Source of the DNA: an uncultured Prevotellaceae bacterium
GTDB lineage: Bacteria > Bacteroidota > Bacteroidia > Bacteroidales > Bacteroidaceae
Reading direction: 5' to 3'
DNA: 64,000 nt
Assembly (NCBI GenBank): GCA_902778535.1
Contig: CACYYG010000003.1
Span: 13,345-77,344 of the forward strand
Part shown: piece after piece, positions 25,274-37,400 of the stretch
How positions within the stretch are numbered: the first letter of the stretch is position 1
How the letters are laid out: the number at the start of each line of letters is the position of its first letter
Translations under genes and position numbers: made by a program
The notes under the pieces: generated by a model
Databases searched by the model: none
Told to the model about the DNA's origin: nothing
What the model saw: the letters and a program-made list of their open reading frames with translations, nothing else

Positions 25274-26118
25274 ACTATTCAAAGGATATGCTCTTGGAGT
25301 CACAGAGTGGCTTCATGATGCCGTTTGCCTCGGCAGACGATGAGGAGATACAGGTAACCCTGGGTTATGGTGAGCAGAGGCATCCCGTCACGGGTCAGCC
25401 ATTCCATCACAGGGGTGTGGACTTCGTGTGCAGCGACAAGCCGCTGTTCGCCCTGGCTACGGGCACTGTTGTCGGTGCCGGCACCGATGCCGTCCATGGG
25501 AACTATATCATCACCAAGTATGGCAAGTACGAGGTGAAGTACGGTCATCTGAGCGAGGCCTATGTCGGCTATGGCAAGGGCGTAGTTGCCGGTCAGGAGA
25601 TTGCCCGCAGCGGTGACTTCCTCCATTTTGAGGTGTCCTTCTCCGGTCAGGAGATGGAGCCGATGGAGTTCCTTGGCATGATTTACGGCAACATCCTGCA
25701 GCTCCAGTCCATGGGGATGAAGGGCGGCAACATCTTTGCCAGCATGGGGGTGAAGGTCAGGACGGACTATGACAAGGACCAGGAGGAGATCGAGCAGATG
25801 ATGCAGCGGTGGCTCGGCAGCTATATGTATGACATCATGCGGGGCACCTATGTCCCGCCGAAGCGCATGGAGTCATCCCTGCGGAATATCTTCGCTCAGT
25901 CTGCTGACAAGAACTATTTCTATGAGGCCATGCCATCAGTCGGCAATCCCTTGGGCCTGAGCAGTCGCGGTGCCCCTCTTGCAGCCCGTTTCCAGAACCT
26001 CCTTATCAGTGACTTCCTTAACTATATGGCTGTGTGCCATGACACCTACCTGTCCACTTGGGACGATGCTCAAAAAAAAAAGCTTCTGAGCAGGCAGCCG
26101 CCGACGGCTACTATGTAG
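25270..26118 (+). CDS. M23 family peptidase
   Basis: HRGVD, YGHL and LHFEV zinc motifs; ATGA overlap with the upstream gene. Confidence 0.85.
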   Translation: MNYSKDMLLESQSGFMMPFASADDEEIQVTLGYGEQRHPVTGQPFHHRGVDFVCSDKPLFALATGTVVGAGTDAVHGNYIITKYGKYEVKYGHLSEAYVGYGKGVVAGQEIARSGDFLHFEVSFSGQEMEPMEFLGMIYGNILQLQSMGMKGGNIFASMGVKVRTDYDKDQEEIEQMMQRWLGSYMYDIMRGTYVPPKRMESSLRNIFAQSADKNYFYEAMPSVGNPLGLSSRGAPLAARFQNLLISDFLNYMAVCHDTYLSTWDDAQKKKLLSRQPPTATM

Positions 26119-26399
26119 ACCCGCTCGCCAGCCTCCAGATCCTCGATGCCCAGAGCTATGACGTCAGCCGTACCGCCTCCGTCTTCGCTGACAGTAGCGG
26201 TCATCGCTGGTGGACGAAGGCGTGGTTCAATGGCCGTGAGAAAGGCGAGAAGGCCGTAGAGATACCACGTGCCATGGCTGTCAAGTTCGTCAATGACGAG
26301 ATTGGCAAGGATGCATGGCTGACACGTTTCTATCCGAAGCAGATGAGCGTGCTCAGCAATGCCATCGCCCAGACCAGACAGCAGCTGTTAGGACTATAA
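26058..26399 (+). CDS. Hypothetical protein in the -1 frame of the M23 gene (possibly its frameshifted C-terminus)
   Basis: Only a TTG start before the A10 run; backbone-like codon usage after 26082. Confidence 0.6.
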   Translation: MGRCSKKKASEQAAADGYYVDPLASLQILDAQSYDVSRTASVFADSSGHRWWTKAWFNGREKGEKAVEIPRAMAVKFVNDEIGKDAWLTRFYPKQMSVLSNAIAQTRQQLLGL

Positions 26400-26410
26400 A
26401 TGTTACTGCT

Positions 26411-28105
26411 ATGGAAGAGAAACAGATTGAAAAGATGTTCATTGACTCCGAGTATTGTGTCAATGAGTATTTCAGGCAGCATATCCTCCCGAGGCTCGAA
26501 CAGCATCTGTCGTGCCGTGAGAACAGCCGTCTGGGCACGATGGCTACGGGCTTCGGTGTCAGGAGTACCTTCTTTCCCGGTGAGGAATATGCCACCGATG
26601 TCACCCTCAGCTGTCCTGCCAATGACATTGACAAGACCATGCAGGACTTGAACCGTGACGCGGCATTCTCCCATGACCTGGAAGTGATGGCTGCAGGCTG
26701 GCGTACGGCAGCCGTGGCGAAGGTTGGCGAGGAAAGATACCGTCAGCTCTGTAACGAAGCCGGTGGTGACATCGCCTCCAGCTATATCAACTACCGCTTG
26801 ATGATGAAGATGGTGGATTATGAGGTGGAGAGGAACCCCATCAAGGGTTCTGCCGACTATGTCTTCAGCGAGGCCCGCAAGTCGTCGCTCCTGGATCTCC
26901 TCAGTGCTCCCACCTCCGAGCTCCAGAAGTTCATTGACAGGAAGTGTGTCGAGAAATACGACCCAGGGCTGTTGGAGCAAGGTGCCGGAAAGGCCCTCGG
27001 TGCCGTCACCGACCTCGTGCTCCTTGCCCCCATCGCTCCTGCCTCTGGCGGTGCTGCCAGCTGGGGACGCCTTGGCAAGTTCATCGCCGTTGACATGGGC
27101 TTCTCCGCCATTGAAGATGTCTGTGAGTGTAACGACTATGACCAGAATGTCAGCCAGCTCGTCAGTCTCGGCATCTTCGGCAGGCGAAGGGATGTCTTTG
27201 CTGGTTTCGCCAGCCAGAGCACCGCTGTCAGTCCCTACGGCAATGACTATGTAGAGACGGCCAATGAGCAGATGACCAATAAGATTATCAGGCGTTCTTC
27301 CAACAATCCTTTCCTGTTGTGCGGCGACAGTCTTGTCTCGCCCTTAGGTGCCAATGCCATCCAGGGATATATGCAGATGCCGGAAGTACCAGATTATACG
27401 GCGCAGCTCCGTCAGGCTGGCGAGCTGCATTTTGCCATACGTAAGAAGTTCGGCGCCCGTGAACATGTCCCTGCATCAGAGGTGGAGCAGCAGGAAGAAC
27501 AGGTGTCCGAACGGCGGCAGGAACAGTCTGTCAGTGGATGGGGTACAGCCCTCGACAGCCTCGGCCTGAGTGGTTTCGGTGATGTCGGCAAGAACCTCGG
27601 CTATGTCATCGCCATGCTTCCAGACCTGCTCATCGGAATGTTCACCGGCCAGACCAAGCGGCTCAATATCTCCGACAATCTCATGCCCATTGCCGCCATC
27701 TTCGGTGGTATGTTCGTCAGCAACCCCATGCTGAAAATGCTGCTCATCGGTCTCGGTGGTGCGAACCTGCTGAACAAGGCAGGTCATGAGGCCCTTGACC
27801 ATGCCGACATTGTGGGTGACATGCCACGGCAGTACAAGGCCTATCAGGATGAAGTTCTCGACCGTCGCATCCAGCATCCCGTCATGCAGGGCAACACCCT
27901 TGTCGCCGACATCGACGGCGTGCCGATGGTGCTCACCGTCTCTGATGTTGCCGTCGATGCCTACTGTAAGGGGGCACTCCCGCTGAACACCTTCTGCAAT
28001 GCTGTCCTTCGTGCCTGGGACCATAGGCAGGAACTGGCCTCACAGCATTATGAGGAAGGTGTAGGCGAGGAGCAGGAAATCGTCCGTTCACGGGGCCTTC
28101 AATAG
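26411..28105 (+). CDS. Conserved-looking hypothetical membrane-associated protein (564 aa)
   Basis: Start MEEKQ at 26411; hydrophobic segments; last gene before the next promoter. Confidence 0.7.
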   Translation: MEEKQIEKMFIDSEYCVNEYFRQHILPRLEQHLSCRENSRLGTMATGFGVRSTFFPGEEYATDVTLSCPANDIDKTMQDLNRDAAFSHDLEVMAAGWRTAAVAKVGEERYRQLCNEAGGDIASSYINYRLMMKMVDYEVERNPIKGSADYVFSEARKSSLLDLLSAPTSELQKFIDRKCVEKYDPGLLEQGAGKALGAVTDLVLLAPIAPASGGAASWGRLGKFIAVDMGFSAIEDVCECNDYDQNVSQLVSLGIFGRRRDVFAGFASQSTAVSPYGNDYVETANEQMTNKIIRRSSNNPFLLCGDSLVSPLGANAIQGYMQMPEVPDYTAQLRQAGELHFAIRKKFGAREHVPASEVEQQEEQVSERRQEQSVSGWGTALDSLGLSGFGDVGKNLGYVIAMLPDLLIGMFTGQTKRLNISDNLMPIAAIFGGMFVSNPMLKMLLIGLGGANLLNKAGHEALDHADIVGDMPRQYKAYQDEVLDRRIQHPVMQGNTLVADIDGVPMVLTVSDVAVDAYCKGALPLNTFCNAVLRAWDHRQELASQHYEEGVGEEQEIVRSRGLQ

Positions 28106-28124
28106 CTTTTTCCCGCTGTTTCTG

Positions 28125-28194
28125 TCATCAAAGTGTTAAATCAAGAGTTTGTGCCCTCCAGATTCCGCTGTTGGGCAGAATCTTCTTTATTTTG
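28125..28194 (+). promoter_or_regulatory. Promoter of the DUF1896/polyvalent-protein operon: motif copy (28125-28143) plus -7 box TTATTTTG (28187-28194)
   Basis: 26-bp identity (28130-28155) with 10233-10258 and the same spacing to the -7 box. Confidence 0.7.
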
Positions 28195-28221
28195 TGCCTT
28201 GAAATCTATCATTCACCCATA

Positions 28222-28431
28222 ATGACCAAAGAAGAAATGACCTATTACCGTCTCTATCTGAAGGACTACCTCCGTCAGCAGCATGACCCTCGTGCCGACG
28301 ATGAGGAGTTCCTCCGTGCCCGTTCTGACAGGGCAGAGGAAGCCTATGAGCAGGGCCGTCGTGAGGGCCTTGCCGTCTGGCAGGCCCAGGAGCGTGCCAT
28401 CAGGTCGCTGACGGCAGAACTGGACAGTTAG
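28222..28431 (+). CDS. DUF1896 family protein
   Basis: [14 protein letters not shown]...[13 protein letters not shown]; usual position upstream of the MTase-helicase in Bacteroidetes elements. Confidence 0.8.
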   Translation: MTKEEMTYYRLYLKDYLRQQHDPRADDEEFLRARSDRAEEAYEQGRREGLAVWQAQERAIRSLTAELDS

Positions 28432-28435
28432 GACT

Positions 28436-31400
28436 ATGGCATACAACAAGTCAGAGAAGCTGAGAGATAATATCGCGGCCATCAGGACGGCCTTTGATAT
28501 TGAGCGTTCCGGGCGAGAGGCAACGGAGCAGGAGAAGGCCGTGCTCAGGAAGTACAGTGGTTTCGGAGGCTTGAAGTTCATTCTCAACCCTTGTGCCGAT
28601 GATGGTGACATTGAGAAGTGGAGCCGCTCCGACCGTCCTTTCTTCACCGCCACCCGTGAGCTGTATGGCGTGCTCAGCGACTATGCCCGTGATGGCTACG
28701 AATACCGTGACTTCGTGCGTAGCATCCGCAACAGCATCCTTTCCGCCTTCTACACGCCAGTCCCCGTCGTGCAGGCCATCGCCGGTGTCCTAAAGGACAA
28801 GGGTCTGGAGGTCAAGCGCTATCTCGATCCCTCTGCAGGCAAGGGCACTTTTGTAGAAGCGTTCAAACAGGCATACCCTGATGTCTCTGCCACGGCCTTT
28901 GAGAAAGACCTCATCACGGGTAAGGTGCTGAAAGCCCTCTATCCCCATGACCAGGTGCATGTCGATGGCTTTGAGACCATCGATGCCTCCCGCCGTGGGA
29001 CATACGATGTGGTGTCCTCGAACATCCCCTTCGGCGACATCTCCGTCTTCGATGACGGCTTTGCCCGTTCCGGCAATGCTGTCAGGGCGGCAGCCACGAA
29101 GACCATTCACAACTATTTTTTCCTGAAGGCCCTCGACCAGCTCCGTGAGGGCGGTTTTGTTGTCTTCATCACCTCGCGTGGCTTCATGGACTCGCCTTCC
29201 AACAATGCCATCCGTGAGGAGATTATCAGGAATGCCCGCCTTGTAGGTGCTTTCCGCCTTCCCGATGGCCTGTTCGCCGACGAGGCAGGGACGGAGGTCG
29301 GCAGCGACCTCGTCATCCTCCAGAAATACACGGGCTACGACTCCTCCCTGGATCCTGACAGCCTCGCTTTCTGTAAGGTGGAGAAAGGCTTTAAGGCCAT
29401 GAGCGGCGAAGACTACACAGGCATATCCCTCAACAGTCACTGGTGGCAGTCTATGATGGCCCCGGACTCCGAGGCTTTCATCTCCACCAGGATGGAGCGA
29501 GGCACTGACCCTTACGGCAAGCCGACCCTCGTGTTCACCCATGATGGTGACATGCAGGCCATCGCCAGCCTCCTGACGCAATATATGTCCCGTGACCTCT
29601 ATCGTGAATATGTTGACTATTACAAGCTCCATGCTCCGAAGCCCAGGCAGGAGGAGCAGGTCACGGTGTTGTCACAGCCCAAGCCGCAGCAGTCGCGTCC
29701 TGTGCAGCAGGAGCAGCCGGTGCAGCTCAGCCTCTTTGACCTCTGGGCCGAGGAGGTGACGAGCCAGGAGAAACAGCCGTCCATGGAGCCGCGTCCCTTT
29801 GCAGGTGACATCCTCCCTCACTACCGTAACGGCATCCTCGTCGAGGACGGTGGGCAGATGGGCTATCTCACGGGTGTAGGCTATGAGAATACTTTTACCC
29901 CGACTGAGCTGTCTGACGACCAGTCTGGCCGCCTGAGGCTCTATGTGAAGGTCAGGGATGCCTACGAACAATTGTACAAGAAAGAGTCCGAGCAGAAGGT
30001 GGAGCAGCCGTTGCTGCGTGAGGAGCTTAACCGTCACTATGACAATTTCCTCATTCGCTACGGGTTCCTCAACGACCGTAGGAATGCCCGGCTGCTGCTG
30101 ATGGACGTGCAGGGCCGTGATGTGCTGTCGTTGGAGAACAGTGAGGACGGCAGGTTCGTCAAGTCCGACATCTTCCTCCGTCCCGTGTCCTTCAATATCC
30201 ATTTGGATGGCCATGTAGAGACGGCTGTCGATGCCCTGTCTGCCTCCCTCAACCGGGGTGGCGGTGTTGACCTGGAGTATATGGCCTCTATCAGCGACTA
30301 CACCGAGGAGGAACTGCGTGACCAGCTGAAGGAGCGCATTTACTTCAATCCCCTGGCTGGCGGCTATGAGATTGGCGACAAGTTCCTCGCTGGCAATGTC
30401 GTGGAGAAGCTTGATGCGCTGAGAAGCTGGCCGTTGAATGATGACTTGAAGCCCGAATTCAAGGAGGAGCTGGAGCGTTCAATCACTGCTCTGGAGGGTG
30501 TCGTGCCTACGCCCATCACCTATAGTGAGCTGGACTTCAACTTCGGCGAGCGTTGGATGCCCAAGGCCTATTTCTCAGCGTTCGCCACCGAGTTCTTTGA
30601 GACGGATATAAAGATTGACTATGCCCCGCAGCTCGATGAGTTCGTTGTCGATGTGTCGGGCTACAGTGCCAAGCTCAGCCAGGAATTCGCCGTGACGGGT
30701 GAGACGAAGACCTACGATGGTGAAGACATGCTTCGCCATGCCCTGTACAACACCGTTCCAGTGATACAGAAATGTGTCGGTTACAAGCCCAATGGTGACC
30801 CCATCATGGGGCCTGACCATGAGAAGATACAGCTGGCTGCCAGCAAGGTCGACCAGATACGTGATGGTTTCACGGAGTGGATTGACCGTCATCCTGACGA
30901 GTGGAAGAAGGCTCTTGCCGACTTGTACAACAGGAAATACAACTGTTTCGTCAAGGCCAGCTATGACGGCTCCCACCAGACCTTCCCCGGTCTCGACCTG
31001 AAGGGCCTTGGCGTCAGCAAGTATCAGATAAAAGACATCTACAAGTCGCAGAAGGACTGTGTGTGGATGCTCCTTCAGAACGGCGGCGGCGTGTGCGACC
31101 ATGAGGTCGGCACGGGCAAGACGCTCACCATGTGCATCGCTGCCCATGAGATGAAGCGTCTCGGCCTTGCGCATAAGCCCATCATTATCGGCATGAAGGC
31201 CAATGTCGCCGAGATTGCCGCCACCTATCAGGCCGCCTATCCTGGTGACCGCCTCCTCTATGCCACGCAGAAGGACTTCTCCGACCGCCAGAACTTCTTC
31301 AACAGGATGAAGAACAACGACTACGACTGTATCATCATGAGCCATGACCAGTTCACGATGATACCGCAGTCCGCCGACATCCAGCAGAAGGTCATCCAGG

Positions 31401-34400
31401 AGGAGATCGATGCCATCGACGAGGCGCTGGAGGTCTATGCGCGTCAGGGGCACAGCGTCAGTGGTCGTATGCGCTCAGGCCTGGAGAAGCGCAAGCAGAA
31501 CCTTGAGACCCAGCTGCTGACCCTCAATGCCGCCCTTGCCAGCCGTGCCGATGATGTCGTCGACTTCAAGACGATGGGCATCGACCATATCTTCATCGAC
31601 GAGAGCCAGGCCTTCAAGAACCTCGCCTTCTCCACCCGCGACAGCCGTGTGGCCGGTCTCGGCGACCCCAAGGGCAGCCAGCGTGCCCGTAACCTCCAGT
31701 ATGCCATACGTACTATCCAGGAGCGCACGGGGCGTGACCTCGGTGCGACGTTCCTCTCCGGCACCACCATCAGCAACAGCCTCACGGAGCTGTACCTGCT
31801 GTTCAAGTACCTCCGTCCGAAGGCCATGTCCATGCAGGACATCAACAGCTTCGATGCCTGGGCAGCCGTCTTCGCCCGCAAGAGCCGTGACTATGAGATC
31901 AATGTCGCGGGCAGCATCGTGATGAAGGAGCGTTTCAGGCAGTTCATCAAGGTGCCTGAGCTGGGCGCCTTCTATAACGAGATTACCGACTATAAGACTG
32001 CCGCCGACGTGGGCCTGCAGCGTCCTGACATGGACGTGCAGCTGGTGAACATCCAGCCCACCGAGGACCAGCAGGACTTCCAGCGGCGTCTGTTGCAGTT
32101 CGCCGAGAGCGGTGACGGTGACCTTGTCTTCCGTCCTCAGCTCAGTGACAGCGAGCAGAAGGCCAAGATGCTCCTGGTGACGAACATGGGCAAGAAATGC
32201 TCGCTCAGTCCCAGGCTTGTCAATCCCGGCTACCATGAGGGTGATGGCACCAAGATTGGTGTCGCTGCAAGGAATATCAGTGAAATCTATTATCAGTATA
32301 ATAAGCAGCGGGGCACACAGTTCGTTTTCTGTGACCTCTCCACGCCGAAGAAAGGAGAGTGGAGTGTCTATCAGGAGCTGAAAGACCGGCTTGTCAACGA
32401 GCACCATATCCCTGCCGACCAGATACAGTTCATCCAGGATGCCGGCACGGAGAAGAAGAAGAAGGAGTTCATCGACAGGATGAACCGTGGTGACATCCGT
32501 GTGATGATCGGCTCCACCACCATGCTCGGCACCGGTGTCAATGCCCAGCAGCGTGCCGTCGCCGTCCATCACCTCGACCTGCCGTGGCGTCCCAGTGACA
32601 TGGAGCAGCGCAACGGGCGTGCGCGGAGAAAAGGCAATGAGGTGGCCCGTGACTATGCGGGGAACACCGTGAAGTGCTTCGTCTATGCCGTCGAGCGCAG
32701 TCTTGACAGCTATAACTTCTATCTCCTGCAGGCCAAGAGCGAGTTCATCCGCCAGATGAAGACGGGCGCCTTGGCCAAGCGCAGCTTCGACCAGGGCGGC
32801 GAGGATGAGGACAACGGCATGCCGTTTGCCGAGTATGTCGCCATCACCAGTGGCAACAACGACCTGCTGGAGCGTGCCAAGCTGGAGAAGCGCATCCTTG
32901 GCTTGGAGGCTGAGCGCAAGGCCTTCTACAAGCAGCAGCAGGTGACGCAGCAGCGGCTGAACTTCTCCCGGGAACAGGTTGCCCATTTCGATGCCGTCAT
33001 CGGAAAGCTCAATGCCGACAAGAACGCCTTGGAACAGGCCCTGAGAGGTGCTTACCCGGACAGTTCCGATGTCTTTGAGGAGCTGCGCACGCCTCCCTCC
33101 GTCTTTGCTTTTCGTCCTGTCGAAGACCCTCAGCTGCACAGGGTGCGTCTTGACATGGCGCTTCCCAATCCCTATGGTGACTACCTGCAGCAGGCCGCAC
33201 GTCAGGAGGTGAATGGCGAGGTCGTGGTGGCCCGTCTCACCGTGGATGGCCTGGACTGGCCGATAGCCATGTCCTCCAAGACCGAGTACAACCCCAATAC
33301 AGGTGTCAGTCGCTGGGTTGGGAACAAAGTCTCTGTTGTCGGTGGCAGCGGTCTTCACTATACCTATAACAACGGTAAGGTACCGCTCTCTGACAAGGCC
33401 CTCGCCTCCAGGTATCCCTTGGAAGCTCTCTCCCGCATCCCTGAGATCATCAGGGACCAGCAGCGGCAGCAGGAGTCTTATGCGAAGCAGATCCCCGAGC
33501 TGGAGCGCATCGCTGGCAAGGTGTGGGAGAAGACCGGGCAACTGAAGGAGCTGAAAGAGCAGCTGCAGGCCCTTGACCGCAAGATCCAGCAGGACATGGA
33601 CGGCAGGGTGGCACAGGCCGCACAGGCTGCGAAGCCCGAGGAGCTGCCCTTCACCATCACCCACAAGCAGTGGGGCCGTGACCCGTGGGAATTACAGTTC
33701 AAGGTGGCAGACTATCCCTTCCTTAACCATGCCGACCGTGACGGCATGGCGGAGAAATACCATGGCTACTTCCGTATCTATGACGGTATCGTTACTGGCA
33801 ATTTCCGTCATCAGTTCGGTGCTGAGGAGGCCATGAAGGAGCTTTCGAAGCTCAATCTGGAGCACAAGGATGATGTGGAATGGCTGAAGACCGCCGTCAA
33901 GGATGTCCGTGATGCCTCCTGCATCCCCTCCGTACATCGTCTGCGCGAGCTGGGCTATGACCGTTTCGGCAGGTCGTTGACGGGGGGTAATGCCAGGTCG
34001 CTGCGTGCCGTCAGCCTCGGTCCTTATCAGGATGAACGTGTCAGGGCACTTGCCCATGGTGTCAAGGACGGCCATGGCGTGGCCCTCGACGTGGCGGCTG
34101 CTGCCATGGCGAAGGCTTTGGAAGGCACGCCAGTGTCGAAGAATGCCGTTCTCGTGGGCATGCCAGGGCATAAGGGCTATGGCGGCTCCGCCCAGCGTCT
34201 TGCCAAACGTCTCTCCGAGCTATCTGGCATCCCGTATGCCGACGTCCTCGCCAGTGGTGAGCATGAGAGCCTCTATGAATGGAAGAAAGAGCATCCCGGT
34301 GAGGAACTGCCCGAGCTGTTCTTCACCGAGGATGAGCGCACTCCCGTCCCCAAGGGCAGGACGCCCATCATCATCGACAATGTCATTGATACGGGTCATA

Positions 34401-37400
34401 CCGCCTGGGCCGCCGTCGAGGCGCTGGAGGCTGAACCGCTCCTCTTTACTGTCGGCAGCACCGGCCATGAGGACAGCGAGGGTCATGACATCAGGCTGTC
34501 GGTGCTTCCAAAGGGTGTTGACCTCATCGTGGGTGCCATGCCCGATGGTGTGGGACTGACAGGACTCTCAAAGGAAGAATTCGAAGCCTTGCTGAAAAAG
34601 GCACAGGCTGATGCCGACCCGGAAGCCCGCCGTGACCTCCGCAGGCGTGGCGTGGACTGGTACACCGGCCAGCCCGCCTATCTCGTCGCCCATATCGTGG
34701 ACAAGTATGAGAAGGTCTTCTCCAACGAGATAGAAGGTCCCGTCAGGGAGCTGACGGACAAGGGAGCGTCTGCACAAATCTTCCAGAGAGAAGAGCTGCG
34801 TCATCTGACAGACAGTGAAAAGACATCCTTTGATGAGCTCATCGAGAAAGTGAAGGACAATCCCAAGAGTGGCTACAGCTACCAGCAGCTGTATGACAAG
34901 CGCCGTCTGTTGGTTGTCCATGACTATTTGAAGGAGAAGGCTGCCCGTGCCATCGAGCAGGAGGCCCAGCGGAAAGAGCAGGGCACGCTGCGCTATGACG
35001 TGGCCAACAACCAGTGGAGCGGCATTCCCTCTGACGTGACGGTCTACTGTAATGGTGAGCCGGACAGGATTCATGAGGTTTACGGCTATACGCCCAACAA
35101 TGACATCGACCTTGTCTATTTCAAGGCTGAGACGGAGGAGGCCAGCTTCGCCTTTGTCCGTGTCTGGGTGGACGACCACCAGGCCGAGACCCCTGCACAG
35201 CTTGTCATCCGCCTGGAGAAGGAGGGCTATGATGTGGGCCTTCATGGTGAGCGTGGCCGTTATGTGGACTTCGACACCTGGGATGAAGCTGTGCAGTTCG
35301 AGCAGCATGTGCGTGACATCGAGCGTGAGGTACATGCGCCCAAGGCTGCAAGTGAGCGAGTGCAGAGTGATGCTCGCATCAACTCTGCCGAGCGTGGGCA
35401 GGCTCGACCGAAGGTCAAGGCTGAGGTGAAGGAGCTTGAAAGCCCTATCATGCGGCAGTTCCATGACCTGAAGGCCAAGCACCCCGACGCGCTCCTCCTA
35501 TTCCGCGTCGGCGACTTCTACGAGACCTATGAGAACGATGCCGTTGAAGCCTCCCGCATCCTCGGCATCACCCTTACCCACCGTCATCCCACTGCCAGTT
35601 TCCGTTCCCCGAAGGAAGCCATGGCAGGTTTTCCGTTCCATGCCCTTGACACGTTTTTGCCCAAGCTGATCCGTGGCGGCAAGCGCGTGGCCATCTGTGA
35701 CCAGCTCGAAGCGCCCAAGGCCACGGCCAAAAGATCTGTCACGGAGATGGTACAGCCCGGCTTCCGTCCCCGCCTGCAGATGGTGGAGTCAGTGGAGGAC
35801 ATGAAGAATGTCCTTCCCCGCGATGCCCTTCTCCGTGACGCCCTCATTGAACGTATGCGTGAGGCCGGTATCAGGGTGACTACCGATGTAGCCGCTGCCG
35901 AGCGTGTCCTTGCCCAAGAGACCGTGCGTCAGCATGCCGGATCCGCTGCTCCTGTCTTTGTCAGCAATGCCCGCCGTGCTGTGGAGCGCATCCTTCAGGA
36001 CAGGGCCACTCCTGACCAGTGGCTGCGCATGATAGAACGGGCAGGAGGCATCAAGGCCGGTGAAGACCGTTGGATGGGCCTGTCCCTGTGGCTGATGGAC
36101 TCCAAGGAGCGCACCCTGACGAAGCGGCAGGTGCTGGAGTTTATCGATGACCATCAGATACGGGTGGAGGAAGTGCGCTACCGTGAGCCGTCCCCCGTGA
36201 CGGACAGCCTGCGCCTCGACATGATGAACGAGGAGTTCTGGGAGCTGATGGCCGACGGCGAGGAAGCCACCGGCTCGCTCTATGTCGATGACCATGCCCG
36301 ATGGGCTTGGGATCGGTTGGTCGAGCGCTATGGTGATGACTTCCGCAAAAACACCCAGTTTGAGAACGACCCAGTGAAAGGCTGGCATCTGAAGCCTTTC
36401 GAGTGGTACGAGGGCAAGGGGCCGTCAGCGAAGGCTGCCGACTACTACGGCATTGACAGGACTATCAACGACACCCGTCTGGAGTATACCACGGGCGGGC
36501 TGGAGAACAAACGTGAGATAGCCCTTGTCGTGCCGGGCATCGAGAGCTGGCGTGACACGGACGATGTCCATTTCGGTGATGCCGGTGACGGGCGTGCCGT
36601 GGCCTGGGTGCGCTTTGGTGATGCCGTCAGCCAGCAGGAGCGCAGCGAGGAAGAGATACAGGCCATCATCCAGTCCATGCCTTCCGCCGACCAGTGGAAA
36701 GAAGTGAACTATTTCCATGCCGTGCCAGGGTACAGGAACTTCTACAACCTGAACCGCAACAGTGTCTCTTATGCCGACTGTATTCTCGAGAAGGACGGGC
36801 AGTATTCCATCCTGCTCAGCCAAGAAAGCACGAAGTCGTTGATGGACGGTGAACGGAATGTCGCTGCTGCGAAGCGTGTCGGCGGCATCTTCAGCAGTCT
36901 GGCAGACGCCGTTGATACCTACAATGAGTTTGTCGCCCGTCGTGACCGCTTCATCGAGGAGAAGACGCTGGTCATCGACGAGATACAGAGCCAGCGCCAT
37001 CAGGAGGGCCGTGAGAGGGGTTACAACCCCAAGGTGGACATCCGTGGCTATGCGGTGCAGACAGACGAAGACGGTAACTATCTGGTCACCCATCCCGATG
37101 GTGTCAGCGAGGACGGGCTGGAGCGTATCGCCTCACGTACCATCCGTTTCTACGATGCCGGCAGCCCTGAGAGGGCCATCCTCCTTGCAGCCCGCCTAGA
37201 CCAGAATATCTATCCGTCCTCGCGTGTCCCCGCCGCCCCCTTTGAGAAGAACTGGCATGAGCTGGCCATGAAGCGGATGCTTCGCTATGCTGCAGAGAAC
37301 GGCTATGACCGGGTGGCATGGACAACCGGCAACCAGCAGGCAGAGCGCTACAGCCTCGGTGAGCATATCGACTTTGTGAGTGCCGAGCCTTACGAGGCGC

